Assembly: GCA_964016885.1 (NCBI GenBank)
Contig: OZ024740.1
Span: 304,606,001 to 304,670,000, forward strand
DNA length: 64,000 nucleotides
Direction: 5' to 3'
Origin: Eledone cirrhosa
Taxonomy: Eukaryota
The position numbers were made by a program, and so were the translations under genes. Shown here piece after piece: positions 1-14,424 of this stretch; within the stretch, counting starts at the first letter, position 1, and each line of letters begins with the position of its first letter. The notes under the pieces are model-generated. The model was not told where the DNA came from, made no database searches, and was given only the letters and a program-made list of their open reading frames with translations.

Positions 1-3000
1 ACTGTTGTATTAACATTGTTCCCTCTTTATAGAATGGTACACTGTTGTATTAACATTGTTCCCTCTTTATAGAATGGTACACTGTTGTATTAACATTGTT
101 CCCTCTTTATAGAATGGTACACTGTTGTATTAACATTGTTCCCTATCTATAGAATGGTACACTGTTGTATTAACATTGTTCCCTATCTATAGAATGGTAC
201 ACTGTTGTATTAACATTGTTCCCTCTTTATAGAATGGTACACTGTTGTATTAACATTGTTCCCTCTTTATAGAATGGTACACTGTTGTATTAACATTGTT
301 CCCTATCTATAGAATGGTACACTGTTGTGTTAACATTGTTCCCTATCTATAGAATGGTACACTGTTGTATTAACATTGTTCCCTATCTATAGAATGGTAC
401 ACTGTTGTGTTAACATTGTTCCCTATCTATAGAATGGTACACTGTTGTGTTAACATTGTTCCCTATCTATAGAATGGTACACTGTTGTATTAACATTGTT
501 CCCTCTTTATAGAATGGTACACTGTTGTATTAACATTGTTCCCTCTTTATAGAATGGTACACTGTTGTATTAACATTGTTCCCTATCTATAGAATGGTAC
601 ACTGTTGTGTTAACATTGTTCCCTATCTATAGAATGGTACACTGTTGTATTAACATTGTTCCCTATCTATAGAATGGTACACTGTTGTGTTAACATTGTT
701 CCCTATCTATAGAATGGTACACTGTTGTGTTAACATTGTTCCCTATCTATAGAATGGTACACTGTTGTGTTAACATTGTTCCCTATCTATAGAATGGTAC
801 ACTGTTGTATTAACATTGTTCCCTATCTATAGAATGGTACACTGTTGTGTTAACATTGTTCCCTATCTATAGAATGGTACACTGTTGTGTTAACATTGTT
901 CCCTATCTATAGAATGGTACACTGTTGTGTTAACATTGTTCCCTATCTATAGAATGGTACACTGTTGTGTTAACATTGTTCCCTATCTATAGAATGGTAC
1001 ACTGTTGTGTTAACATTGTTCCCTATCTATAGAATGGTACACTGTTGTATTAACATTGTTCCCTATCTATAGAATGGTACACTGTTGTGTTAACATTGTT
1101 CCCTATCTATAGAATGGTACACTGTTGTATTAACATTGGTCCCTATCTATAGAATGGTACACTGTTGTGTTAACATTGTTCCCTATCTATAGAATGGTAC
1201 ACTGTTGTATTAACATTGTTCCCTATCTATAGAATGGTACACTGCTGTGTTAACATTGTTCCCTATCTATAGAATGGTACACTGTTGTGTTAACATTGTT
1301 CCCTATCTATAGAATGGTACACTGTTGTATTAACATTGTTCCCTATCTATAGAATGGTACACTGTTGTATTAACATTGTTCCCTATCTATAGAATGGTAC
1401 ACTTTTGTGTTAACATTGTTCCCTATCTATAGAATGGTACACTGTTGTGTTAACATTGTTCCCTATCTATAGAATGGTACACTGTTGTATTAACATTGTT
1501 CCCTATCTATAGAATGGTACACTGCTGTGTTAACATTGTTCCCTATCTATAGAATGGTACACTGTTGTGTTAACATTGTTCCCTATCTATAGAATGGTAC
1601 ACTGTTGTATTAACATTGTTCCCTATCTATAGAATGGTACACTGTTGTATTAACATTGTTCCCTATCTATAGAATGGTACACTTTTGTGTTAACATTGTT
1701 CCCTATCTATAGAATGGTACACTGTTGTGTTAACATTGTTCCCTATCTATAGAATGGTACACTGTTGTGTTAACATTGTTCCCTATCTATAGAATGGTAC
1801 ACTGTTGTGTTAACATTGTTCCCTATCTATAGAATGGTACACTGTTGTATTAACATTGTTCCCTCTTTATAGAATGGTACACTGTTGTATTAACATTGTT
1901 CCCTCTTTATAGAATGGTACACTGTTGTATTAACATTGTTCCCTCTTTATAGAATGGTACACTGTTGTATTAACATTGTTCCCTATCTATAGAATGGTAC
2001 ACTGTTGTGTTAACATTGTTCCCTATCTATAGAATGGTACACTGTTGTATTAACATTGTTCCCTCTTTATAGAATGGTACACTGTTGTATTAACATTGTT
2101 CCCTCTTTATAGAATGGTACACTGTTGTATTAACATTGTTCCCTCTTTATAGAATGGTACACTGTTGTATTAACATTGTTCCCTCTTTATAGAATGGTAC
2201 ACTGTTGTATTAACATTGTTCCCTATCTATAGAATGGTACACTGTTGTATTAACATTGTTCCCTATCTATAGAATGGTACACTGTTGTATTAACATTGTT
2301 CCCTCTTTATAGAATGGTACACTGTTGTATTAACATTGTTCCCTCTTTATAGAATGGTACACTGTTGTATTAACATTGTTCCCTATCTATAGAATGGTAC
2401 ACTGTTGTGTTAACATTGTTCCCTATCTATAGAATGGTACACTGTTGTATTAACATTGTTCCCTATCTATAGAATGGTACACTGTTGTGTTAACATTGTT
2501 CCCTATCTATAGAATGGTACACTGTTGTGTTAACATTGTTCCCTATCTATAGAATGGTACACTGTTGTATTAACATTGTTCCCTCTTTATAGAATGGTAC
2601 ACTGTTGTATTAACATTGTTCCCTCTTTATAGAATGGTACACTGTTGTATTAACATTGTTCCCTATCTATAGAATGGTACACTGTTGTGTTAACATTGTT
2701 CCCTATCTATAGAATGGTACACTGTTGTATTAACATTGTTCCCTATCTATAGAATGGTACACTGTTGTGTTAACATTGTTCCCTATCTATAGAATGGTAC
2801 ACTGTTGTGTTAACATTGTTCCCTATCTATAGAATGGTACACTGTTGTGTTAACATTGTTCCCTATCTATAGAATGGTACACTGTTGTATTAACATTGTT
2901 CCCTATCTATAGAATGGTACACTGTTGTGTTAACATTGTTCCCTATCTATAGAATGGTACACTGTTGTGTTAACATTGTTCCCTATCTATAGAATGGTAC

Positions 3001-6000
3001 ACTGTTGTGTTAACATTGTTCCCTATCTATAGAATGGTACACTGTTGTATTAACATTGTTCCCTATCTATAGAATGGTACACTGTTGTGTTAACATTGTT
3101 CCCTATCTATAGAATGGTACACTGTTGTATTAACATTGTTCCCTATCTATAGAATGGTACACTGTTGTGTTAACATTGTTCCCTATCTATAGAATGGTAC
3201 ACTGTTGTATTAACATTGGTCCCTATCTATAGAATGGTACACTGTTGTGTTAACATTGTTCCCTATCTATAGAATGGTACACTGTTGTATTAACATTGTT
3301 CCCTATCTATAGAATGGTACACTGCTGTGTTAACATTGTTCCCTATCTATAGAATGGTACACTGTTGTGTTAACATTGTTCCCTATCTATAGAATGGTAC
3401 ACTGTTGTATTAACATTGTTCCCTATCTATAGAATGGTACACTGTTGTATTAACATTGTTCCCTATCTATAGAATGGTACACTTTTGTGTTAACATTGTT
3501 CCCTATCTATAGAATGGTACACTGTTGTGTTAACATTGTTCCCTATCTATAGAATGGTACACTGTTGTATTAACATTGTTCCCTATCTATAGAATGGTAC
3601 ACTGCTGTGTTAACATTGTTCCCTATCTATAGAATGGTACACTGTTGTGTTAACATTGTTCCCTATCTATAGAATGGTACACTGTTGTATTAACATTGTT
3701 CCCTATCTATAGAATGGTACACTGTTGTATTAACATTGTTCCCTATCTATAGAATGGTACACTTTTGTGTTAACATTGTTCCCTATCTATAGAATGGTAC
3801 ACTGTTGTGTTAACATTGTTCCCTATCTATAGAATGGTACACTGTTGTGTTAACATTGTTCCCTATCTATAGAATGGTATACTGCTGTGTTAACATTGTT
3901 CCCTATCTATAGAATGGTACACTGTTGTATTAACATTGTTCCCTATCTATAGAATGGTACACTGTTGTATTAACATTGTTCCCTATCTATAGAATGGTAC
4001 ACTGTTGTGTTAACATTATTCCCTATCTATAGAATGATACACTGTTGTATTAACATTGTTCCCTCTTTATAGAATGGTACACTGTTGTATTAATATTGTT
4101 CCCTATCTATAGAATGGTACACTGTTGTGTTAACATTGTTCCCTCTTTATAGAATGGTACACTGTTGTATTAACATTGTTCCCTCTTTATAGAATGGTAC
4201 ACTGTTGTATTAACATTGTTCCCTATCTATAGAATGGTACACTGTTGTGTTAACATTGTTCCCTATCTATAGAATGGTACACTGTTGTGTTAACATTGTT
4301 CCCTATCTATAGAATGGTACACTGTTGTGTTAACATTGTTCCCTATCTATAGAATGGTACACTGTTGTGTTAACATTGTTCCCTATCTATAGAATGGTAC
4401 ACTGTTGTGTTAACATTGTTCCCTATCTATAGAATGGTACACTGTTGTGTTAACATTGTTCCCTATCTATAGAATGGTACACTGTTGTATTAACATTGTT
4501 CCCTCTTTATAGAATGGTACACTGTTGTATTAACATTGTTCCCTCTTTATAGAATGGTACACTGTTGTATTAACATTGTTCCCTAGCTATAGAATGGTAC
4601 ACTGTTGTGTTAACATTGTTCCCTATCTATAGAATGGTACACTGTTGTGTTAACATTGTTCCCTATCTATAGAATGGTACACTGTTGTGTTAACATTGTT
4701 CCCTATCTATAGAATGGTACACTGTTGTATTAACATTGTTCCCTCTTTATAGAATGGTACACTGTTGTATTAACATTGTTCCCTCTTTATAGAATGATAC
4801 ACTGTTGTATTAACATTGTTCCCTATCTATAGAATGGTACACTGTTGTGTTAACATTGTTCCCTATCTATAGAATGGTACACTGTTGTATTAACATTGTT
4901 CCCTATCTATAGAATGGTACACTGTTGTGTTAACATTGTTCCCTATCTATAGAATGGTACACTGTTGTGTTAACATTGTTCCCTATCTATAGAATGGTAC
5001 ACTGTCGTGTTAACATTGTTCCCTCTTTATAGAATGGTACACTGTTGTATTAACATTGTTCCCTCTTTATAGAATGGTACACTGTTGTGTTAACATTGTT
5101 CCCTATCTATAGAATGGTACACTGTTGTGTTAACATTGTTCCCTATCTATAGAATGGTACACTGTTGTGTTAACATTGTTCTCTATCTATAGAATGGTAC
5201 ACTGCTGTATTAACATTGTTCCCTATCTATAGAATGGTACACTGTTGTATTAACATTGTTCCCTCTTTATAGAATGGTACACTGTTGTGTTAACATTGTT
5301 CCCTATCTATAGAATGGTACACTGTTGTGTTAACATTGTTCCCTATCTATAGAATGGTACACTGTTGTATTAACATTGTTCCCTCTTTATAGAATGGTAC
5401 ACTGTTGTATTAACATTGTTCTCTAGCTATAGAATGGTATACTGTTGTGTTAACATTGTTCCCTATCTATAGAATGGTATACTGTTGTATTAACATTGTT
5501 CCCTCTTTATAGAATGGTACACTGTTGTATTAACATTGTTCCCTAGCTATAGAATGGTACACTGTTGTGTTAACATTGTTCCCTATCTATAGAATCGTAC
5601 ACTGTTGTGTTAACATTGTTCCCTATCTATAGAATGGTACACTGTTGTGTTAACATTGTTCCCTATCTATAGAATGGTACACTGTTGTACTAACATTGTT
5701 CTCTAGCTATAGAATGGTATACTGTTGTGTTAACATTGTTCCCTATCTATAGAATGGTATACTGTTGTATTAACATTGTTCCCTATCTATAGAATGGTAC
5801 ACTGTTGTATTAACGTTGTTCTCTAGCTATAGAATGGTATACTGTTGTGTTAACATTGTTCCCTATCTATAGAATGGTACACTGTTGTGTTAACATTGTT
5901 CCCTCTTTATAGAATGGTACACTGTTGTATTAACATTGTTCCCTCTTTATAGAATGGTACACTGTTGTGTTAACATTGTTCCCTATCTATAGAATGGTTC

Positions 6001-9000
6001 ACTGTTGTATTAACATTGTTCCCTATCTATAGAATGGTACACTGTTGTATTAACATTGTTCCCTATCTATAGAATGGTACACTGTTGTGTTTACATTGTT
6101 CCCTATCTATAGAATGGTACACTGTTGTATTAACATTGTTCCCTATCTATAGAATGGTACACTGTTGTGTTAACATTGTTCCCTATCTATAGAATGGTAC
6201 ACTGTTGTATTAACATTGTTCCCTCTTTATAGAATGGTACACTGTTGTGTTAACATTGTTCCCTATCTATAGAATGGTACACTGTTGTATTAACATTGTT
6301 CCCTATCTATAGAATGGTACACTGTTGTATTAACATTGTTCCCTATCTATAGAATGGTACACTGCTGTGTTAACATTGTTCCCTATCTATAGAATGGTAC
6401 ACTGTTGTATTAACATTGTTCCCTATCTATAGAATGGTACACTGTTGTATTAACATTGTTCCCTATCTATAGAATGGTACACTGTTGTGTTAACATTGTT
6501 CCCTATCTATAGAATGGTACACTGTTGTATTAACATTGTTCCCTATATATAGAATGGTACACTGTTGTGTTAACATTGTTCCCTATCTATAGAATGGTAC
6601 ACTGTTGTATTAACATTGTTCCCTCTTTATAGAATGGTACACTGTTGTGTTAACATTGTTCCCTATCTATAGAATGGTACACTGTTGTATTAACATTGTT
6701 CCCTATCTATAGAATGGTACACTGTTGTGTTAACATTGTTCCGTATCTATAGAATGGTACACTGTTGTGTTAACATTGTTCCCTATCTATAGAATGGTAC
6801 ACTGTTGTATTAACATTGTTCCCTCTTTATAGAATGGTACACTGTTGTGTTAACATTGTTCCCTATCTATAGAATGGTACACTGTTGTATTAAAATTGTT
6901 CCCTATCTATAGAATGGTACACTGTTGTGTTAACATTGTTCCCTATCTATAGAATGGTACACTGTCGTGTTAACATTGTTCCCTCTTTATAGAATGGTAC
7001 ACTGTTGTATTAACATTGTTCCCTCTTTATAGAATGGTACACTGTTGTGTTAACATTGTTCCCTATCTATAGAATGGTACACTGTTGTGTTAACATTGTT
7101 CCCTATCTATAGAATGGTACACTGTTGTGTTAACATTGTTCCCTATCTATAGAATGGTACACTGTTGTGTTAACATTGTTCCCTATCTATAGAATGGTAC
7201 ACTGCTGTGTTAACATTGTTCCCTCTTTATAGAATGGTACACTGTTGTGTTAACATTGTTCCCTATCTATAGAATGGTACACTGCTGTGTTAACATTGTT
7301 CCCTATCTATAGAATGGTACTCTGTTGTATTAACATTGTTCCCTATCTATAGAATGGTACACTGTTGTGTTAACATTGTTCCCTATCTATAGAATGGTAC
7401 ACTGTTGTATTAACATTGTTCCCTATCTATAGAATGGTACACTGTTGTGTTAACATTGTTCCCTATCTATAGAATGGTACACTGTTGTGTTAACATTGTT
7501 CCCTATCTATAGAATGGTACACTGTTGTATTAACATTGTTCCCTCTTTATAGAATGGTACACTGTTGTGTTAACATTGTTCCCTATCTATAGAATGGTAC
7601 ACTGTTGTATTAACATTGTTCCCTATCTATAGAATGGTACACTGTTGTATTAACATTGTTCCCTATCTATAGAATGGTACACTGCTGTGTTAACATTGTT
7701 CCCTATCTATAGAATGGTACACTGTTGTATTAACATTGTTCCCTATCTATAGAATGGTACACTGTTGTGTTAACATTGTTCCCTATCTATAGAATGGTAC
7801 ACTGTTGTATTAACATTGTTCCCTCTTTATAGAATGGTACACTGTTGTGTTAACATTGTTCCCTATCTATAGAATGGTACACTGCTGTGTTAACATTGTT
7901 CCCTATCTATAGAATGGTACTCTGTTGTATTAACATTGTTCCCTATCTATAGAATGGTACACTGTTGTGTTAACATTGTTCCCTATCTATAGAATGGTAC
8001 ACTGTTGTATTAACATTGTTCCCTATCTATAGAATGGTACACTGTTGTGTTAACATTGTTCCCTATCTATAGAATGGTACACTGTTGTGTTAACATTGTT
8101 CCCTATCTATAGAATGGTACACTGTTGTATTAACATTGTTCCCTCTTTATAGAATGGTACACTGTTGTGTTAACATTGTTCCCTATCTATAGAATGGTAC
8201 ACTGTTGTATTAACATTGTTCCCTATCTATAGAATGGTACACTGTTGTATTAACATTGTTCCCTATCTATAGAATGGTACACTGCTGTGTTAACATTGTT
8301 CCCTATCTATAGAATGGTACACTGTTGTATTAACATTGTTCCCTATCTATAGAATGGTACACTGTTGTATTAACATTGTTCCCTATCTATAGAATGGTAC
8401 ACTGTTGTGTTAACATTGTTCCCTATCTATAGAATGGTACACTGTTGTATTAACATTGTTCCCTATCTATAGAATGGTACACTGTTGTGTTAACATTGTT
8501 CCCTATCTATAGAATGGTACACTGTCGTGTTAACATTGTTCCCTCTTTATAGAATGGTACACTGTTGTATTAACATTGTTCCCTCTTTATAGAATGGTAC
8601 ACTGTTGTGTTAACATTGTTCCCTATCTATAGAATGGTACACTGTTGTGTTAACATTGTTCCCTATCTATAGAATGGTACACTGTTGTATTAACATTGTT
8701 CCCTATCTATAGAATGGTACACTGCTGTGTTAACATTGTTCCCTATCTGTAGAATGGTACACTGTTGTGTTAACATTGTTCCCTATCTATAGAATGGTAC
8801 ACTGTTGTATTAACATTGTTCCCTATCTATAGAATGGTACACTGTTGTATTAACATTGTTCCCTATCTATAGAATGGTACACTGCTGTGTTAACATTGTT
8901 CCCTATCTATAGAATGGTACACTGTTGTGTTAACATTGTTCCCTATCTATAGAATGGTACACTGCTGTGTTAACATTGTTCCCTCTTTATAGAATGGTAC

Positions 9001-12000
9001 ACTGTTGTGTTAACATTGTTCCCTATCTATAGAATGGTACACTGCTGTGTTAACATTGTTCCCTATCTATAGAATGGTACTCTGTTGTATTAACATTGTT
9101 CCCTATCTATAGAATGGTACACTGTTGTGTTAACATTGTTCCCTATCTATAGAATGGTACACTGTTGTATTAACATTGTTCCCTATCTATAGAATGGTAC
9201 ACTGTTGTGTTAACATTGTTCCCTATCTATAGAATGGTACACTGTTGTGTTAACATTGTTCCCTATCTATAGAATGGTACACTGTTGTATTAACATTGTT
9301 CCCTCTTTATAGAATGGTACACTGTTGTGTTAACATTGTTCCCTATCTATAGAATGGTACACTGTTGTATTAACATTGTTCCCTATCTATAGAATGGTAC
9401 ACTGTTGTATTAACATTGTTCCCTATCTATAGAATGGGACACTGCTGTGTTAACATTGTTCCCTATCTATAGAATGGTACACTGTTGTATTAACATTGTT
9501 CCCTATCTATAGAATGGTACACTGTTGTGTTAACATTGTTCCCTATCTATAGAATGGTACACTGTTGTGTTAACATTGTTCCCTATCTATAGAATGGTAC
9601 ACTGTTGTATTAACATTGTTCCCTCTTTATAGAATGGTACACTGTTGTGTTAACATTGTTCCCTATCTATAGAATGGTACACTGTTGTATTAACATTGTT
9701 CCCTATCTATAGAATGGTACACTGTTGTATTAACATTGTTCCCTATCTATAGAATGGTACACTGCTGTGTTAACATTGTTCCCTATCTATAGAATGGTAC
9801 ACTGTTGTATTAACATTGTTCCCTATCTATAGAATGGTACACTGTTGTGTTAACATTGTTCCCTATCTATAGAATGGTACACTGTTGTATTAACATTGTT
9901 CCCTATCTATAGAATGGTACACTGTTGTGTTAACATTGTTCCCTATCTATAGAATGGTACACTGTTGTGTTAACATTGTTCCCTATCTATAGAATGGTAC
10001 ACTGTTGTATTAACATTGTTCCCTATCTATAGAATGGTACACTGTTGTATTAACATTGTTCCCTATCTATAGAATAGTACACTGTTGTGTTAACATTGTT
10101 CCCTATCTATAGAATGGTACACTGTTGTGTTAACATTGTTCCCTATCTATAGAATAGTACACTGTTGTGTTAACATTGTTCCCTCTTTATAGAATGGTAC
10201 ACTGTTGTATTAACATTGTTCCCTATCTATAGAATGGTACACTGTTGTGTTAACATTGTTCCCTATCTATAGAATGGTACACTGTTGTGTTAACATTGTT
10301 CCCTATCTATAGAATGGTACACTGTTGTATTAACATTGTTCCCTATCTATAGAATGGTACACTGCTGTGTTAACATTGTTCCCTATCTATAGAATCGTAC
10401 ACTGTTGTGTTAACATTGTTCCCTCTTTATAGAATGGTACACTGTTGTATTAACATTGTTCCCTATCTATAGAATGGTACACTGTTGTATTAACATTGTT
10501 CCCTATCTATAGAATGGTACACTGTTGTGTTAACATTGTTCCCTATCTATAGAATAGTACACTGTTGTGTTAACATTGTTCCCTCTTTATAGAATGGTAC
10601 ACTGTTGTATTAACATTGTTCCCTATCTATAGAATGGTACACTGTTGTATTAACATTGTTCCCTATCTATAGAATGGTACACTGTTGTGTTAACATTATT
10701 CCCTATCTATAGAATGGTACACTGTTGTATTAACATTGTTCCCTATCTATAGAATGGTACACTGTTGTGTTAACATTGTTCCCTATCTATAGAATAGTAC
10801 ACTGTTGTGTTAACATTGTTCCCTATCTATAGAATAGTACACTGTTGTGTTAACATTGTTCCCTCTTTATAGAATGGTACACTGTTGTATTAACATTGTT
10901 CCCTATCTATAGAATGGTACACTGCTGTGTTAACATTGTTCCCTCTTTATAGAATGGTACACTGTTGTGTTAACATTGTTCCCTATCTATAGAATGGTAC
11001 ACTGTTGTGTTAACATTGTTCCCTATCTATAGAATGGTACACTGTTGTGTTAACATTGTTCCCTCTTTATAGAATGGTACACTGTTGTATTAACATTGTT
11101 CCCTATCTATAGAATGGTACACTGCTGTGTTAACATTGTTCCCTCTTTATAGAATGGTACACAGTTGTGTTAACATTGTTCCCTCTTTATAGAATGGTAC
11201 ACTGTTGTGTTAACATTGTTCCCTATCTATAGAATGGTACACTGTTGTATTAACATTGTTCCCTATCTATAGAATAGTACACTGTTGTGTTAACATTGTT
11301 CCCTATCTATAGAATGGTACACTGTTGTGTTAACATTGTTCCCTATCTATAGAATGGTACACTGTTGTATTAACATTGTTCCCTATCTATAGAATGGTAC
11401 ACTGTTGTATTAACATTGTTCCCTATCTATAGAATGGTACACTGTTGTGTTAACATTGTTCCCTATCTATAGAATGGTACACTGTTGTATTAACATTGTT
11501 CCTTATCTATAGAATGGTACACTGTTGTATTAACATTGTTCCCTATCTATAGAATGGTACACTGTTGTGTTAACATTGTTCCCTATCTATAGAATGGTAC
11601 ACTGTTGTGTTAACATTGTTCCCTATCTATAGAATGGTACACTGTTGTGTTAACATTGTTCCCTATCTATAGAATGGTACGCTGTTGTATTAACATTGTT
11701 CCCTATCTATAGAATGGTACACTGTTGTGTTAACATTGTTCCCTATCTATAGAATGGTACACTGTTGTGTTAACATTGTTCCCTCTTTATAGAATGGTAC
11801 ACTGTTGTGTTAACATTGTTCCCTCTTTATAGAATGGTACACTGTTGTGTTAACATTGTTCCCTATCTATAGAATGGTACACTGTTGTGTTAACATTGTT
11901 TTCTATCTATAGAATGGTACACTGTTGTGTTAACATTGTTTCCTATCTATAGAATGGTACACTGTTGTGTTAACATTGTTCCCTCTTTATAGAATGGTAC

Positions 12001-12017
12001 ACTGTTGTTAACATTGT
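1..12017. repeat. 40-bp tandem satellite, ~300 units, consensus ACTGTTGT(A/G)TTAACATTGTTCCCT(ATC/CTT)TATAGAATGGTAC; probably intronic in the APLF-like gene; truncated by the window start
   Basis: Exact 40-bp phasing is kept from position 1 to 12000 with substitutions only. The array ends 22 nt before the exon starting at 12040. Confidence 0.99.
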
Positions 12018-12039
12018 TTGATGACTTCCTCAATTTCAG

Positions 12040-12209
12040 TTGATGACTTTGTTATTGGAGATGAATACAGTGATGATGATCTAAGATATCGGCGCAGGAC
12101 ATATAAGGAAGATGATGATGATGATGAAAATGATGAAGACTTTATTGCTTGGGATGATGATGATTCAGGCAGTGACTGGGAAAAGAAAAGAGGTACTAGT
12201 CGAGGACGA
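12040..12209 (+). CDS. APLF: APLF-like gene, internal exon (acidic D-rich segment ...DDFVIGDEYSDDD...DDDDSGSDWEKKRGTSRGR)
   Basis: Acceptor tttcag ends at 12039 and donor gtaagt starts at 12210. The exon is open and ends in phase 0, matching the next exon. Confidence 0.75.
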
Positions 12210-12534
12210 GTAAGTTTCTCAACACTGAGTGATTATTTTTTTTCTTCTTTTCTTTTGTATGTTTTATTTCTATCTTCTTTATAGTGTGGGTTGGATAGAT
12301 TTGCTGATTGTAGTAGTTGTTTGTTCTTACTGCGATTTATTCTGTTAGATAATGTGTCCAGGCAAATACTGGCTTTATTGCTGGCCAGAAGTTTGGTGAG
12401 TAGTTTAATGTGTTTTGTCTAAGATCACTATTATAAAGCTTGAACCTAAAGTTTATGTGTGGACTGGCCAAGAATCCAGTATTTTAAATATTTCCCCATA
12501 AATGCAAGTATTGACACATATAACCTATACACAC

Positions 12535-12832
12535 TAGGAAGGGCATCCAGTTATAGAAAACCTGCCAAACACAGGTGGGAGAACTCTTCAGCTGTGTCAA
12601 AACAAACTTTTAGTGCTGGGGGCCACAATAAAATGCACTCAGAATAGTGCAGGAATATATATAAACATGATGCTGAGCACTTGGTTGAATGTGGGAACGT
12701 ATATCAGTGAAACAAGGACTCCTGGTCCATTTGAGAGGTCAGTAGCTTCATATGAGTACTGACTTGGTCTGTGACGACCTGTTCAACCCTTGCTAGAAGG
12801 AGGAGTGGATGTTAAAGATGATGATGATGATG
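12535..12832 (+). mobile_element. RTE-tailed short retroposon (SINE-like), partial
   Basis: Core aggaagggcatccag..tagaaa, then caacccttgctag...gttaaa and a (GAT)n tail, as in other copies in the window. Confidence 0.6.
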
Positions 12833-14056
12833 ACAGTAGTATTTACTTCAGTCAAAATATAAACTGAGTAAAGATTCTAAAGATTTTTTTAGAATAATCT
12901 TGTGTTATTTACATAGATTCAGGTCTGAAGGAAAGAAAGGCATCATCTTTGGTGTCGTTGAAGTATACATAAGTTTCAAGTGAATTTGTCAAACTACTTT
13001 GTGACTCAAATTATCTTGAACAAGGCTCTCCGTATTTCTAAGCTTGCTTTGGTGAATTTAGCTTTAATTTTATTTAAAATGTTTTTTTTTATATTAATGA
13101 AAAAGATTAATTCATTTATAGTGCACTACACACAATGTTTGGCATAATTTGGAAACATAAATTTAGCCTCCCTGGGAAAAGCAAAGAAAGTGTTTCCACC
13201 ACAGTCTTACCTCTATGAAAAAATGTGGGATTGGATTTTGGATTTCAAATAATAAAAAGAAGTATCAATTTCACCAAAATGGGTGGGGTGCTATTGATAT
13301 AAGATGTGGCACTGGTTTTACAATCATCTAGTAATTACCTCCTCTGTGGTGAGCCCCTACTGCCCTTACATCTGGAAAATTAACCATTATAAGGAGGAAA
13401 GCAACATTAGTTGAAGATTTGTCAATCTGGCTGACAAGACTTACGACCATCTTGTCTTTTTCTTCAGGCGTTGTGTACGCCAGACTATTATTTATTCTTT
13501 TTATTTAAGATGGTAGAGTGTGATTCAGGGAAATTTGTCTGTTATTTCTAGCAGGCTGAGTAATCATGTTGAGTCTCATTAGCTTGATAAATATTTATTC
13601 ACCGCTCCCAAATAAGGGGTGTGGTGTTGGAAAATCGAAAACTTTTCTAGGTTGTCTCCCTTGATTTAAAAAAAAAAACAAGACAGAATTAGTCGTTTAG
13701 TTTACATATTGAGACCCCAACTCATCCTATTTATTTTATAACATATGGGTTTTCTAGTAATGTACTATTTTTGTCATGTATAATGTTTTTTAATGTCTAA
13801 AGAAAATTAATTGTTGCAGGAATACTTCCACTTAAAATAAAATTTTGCTGGAGATAGATTAGCAAAATTTAATAAGCAGGGATGGGTTGGAAAAAATCTG
13901 AAAATTTAATAAGCGGAGTGGTGGAGGTGGCGTGGCGATTATTTGAGATCCAAGAGTAGTTAATAATCCGGTTTTGTGCTGTTGATCCCAACCCCTATCC
14001 CCTTGTTTATTTTTATTTTTATAAAACAAAATGTTCCATCACATTTAATTTTGTAG

Positions 14057-14379
14057 GGTAAAGGCCGGGGCAGTCCAAAGAAGTTGTCGTTGAAACCAAG
14101 GGGCCCTGGAAAGAGTGTAGGACGAAAACGGCGAAGGCGAAGGAATTGTGATGAAGATTCTGATGAAGAACTGGATTCCTACATTCCTAGACCAAGTCGA
14201 AGAAGGGCTGCGGCTCGAGCACAAAAGGAGGAGGAGGAGGAAGAAGAGGAGGAGGAGGAAGAAGGAGAAGGAGAAGAAGAAGAGGGAGAAGAAGAGGAAG
14301 AGGAAGAAGATTCAAGCAAGAAATCTGGAGCTGAGAAAAAAGAAAGAGTTCCGTGTCAGTATGGGGACAAGTGTTTCAG
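14057..14379 (+). CDS. APLF: APLF-like gene, exon with basic NLS-like RKRRRRR, poly-Glu tract and first half of PBZ1 (CQYGDKCFR)
   Basis: Acceptor ttgtag ends at 14056 and donor gtatgt starts at 14380 (phase 2, inside the Arg codon). It is in frame with ORF 14084-14464. Confidence 0.85.
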
Positions 14380-14424
14380 GTATGTAGGGCTGTCTGTAGT
14401 TTATTTGTCTTTGATGTATGTTGG

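Noticed and set aside
1-12017. CRISPR array (40-bp repeat)
   Set aside because: Units are head-to-tail with no unique spacers, no cas genes are present, and the context is eukaryotic.
14148-14387. Lys/Arg-rich 79-aa ORF as an overlapping gene
   Set aside because: It is an alternative frame of the purine-rich poly-Glu exon.
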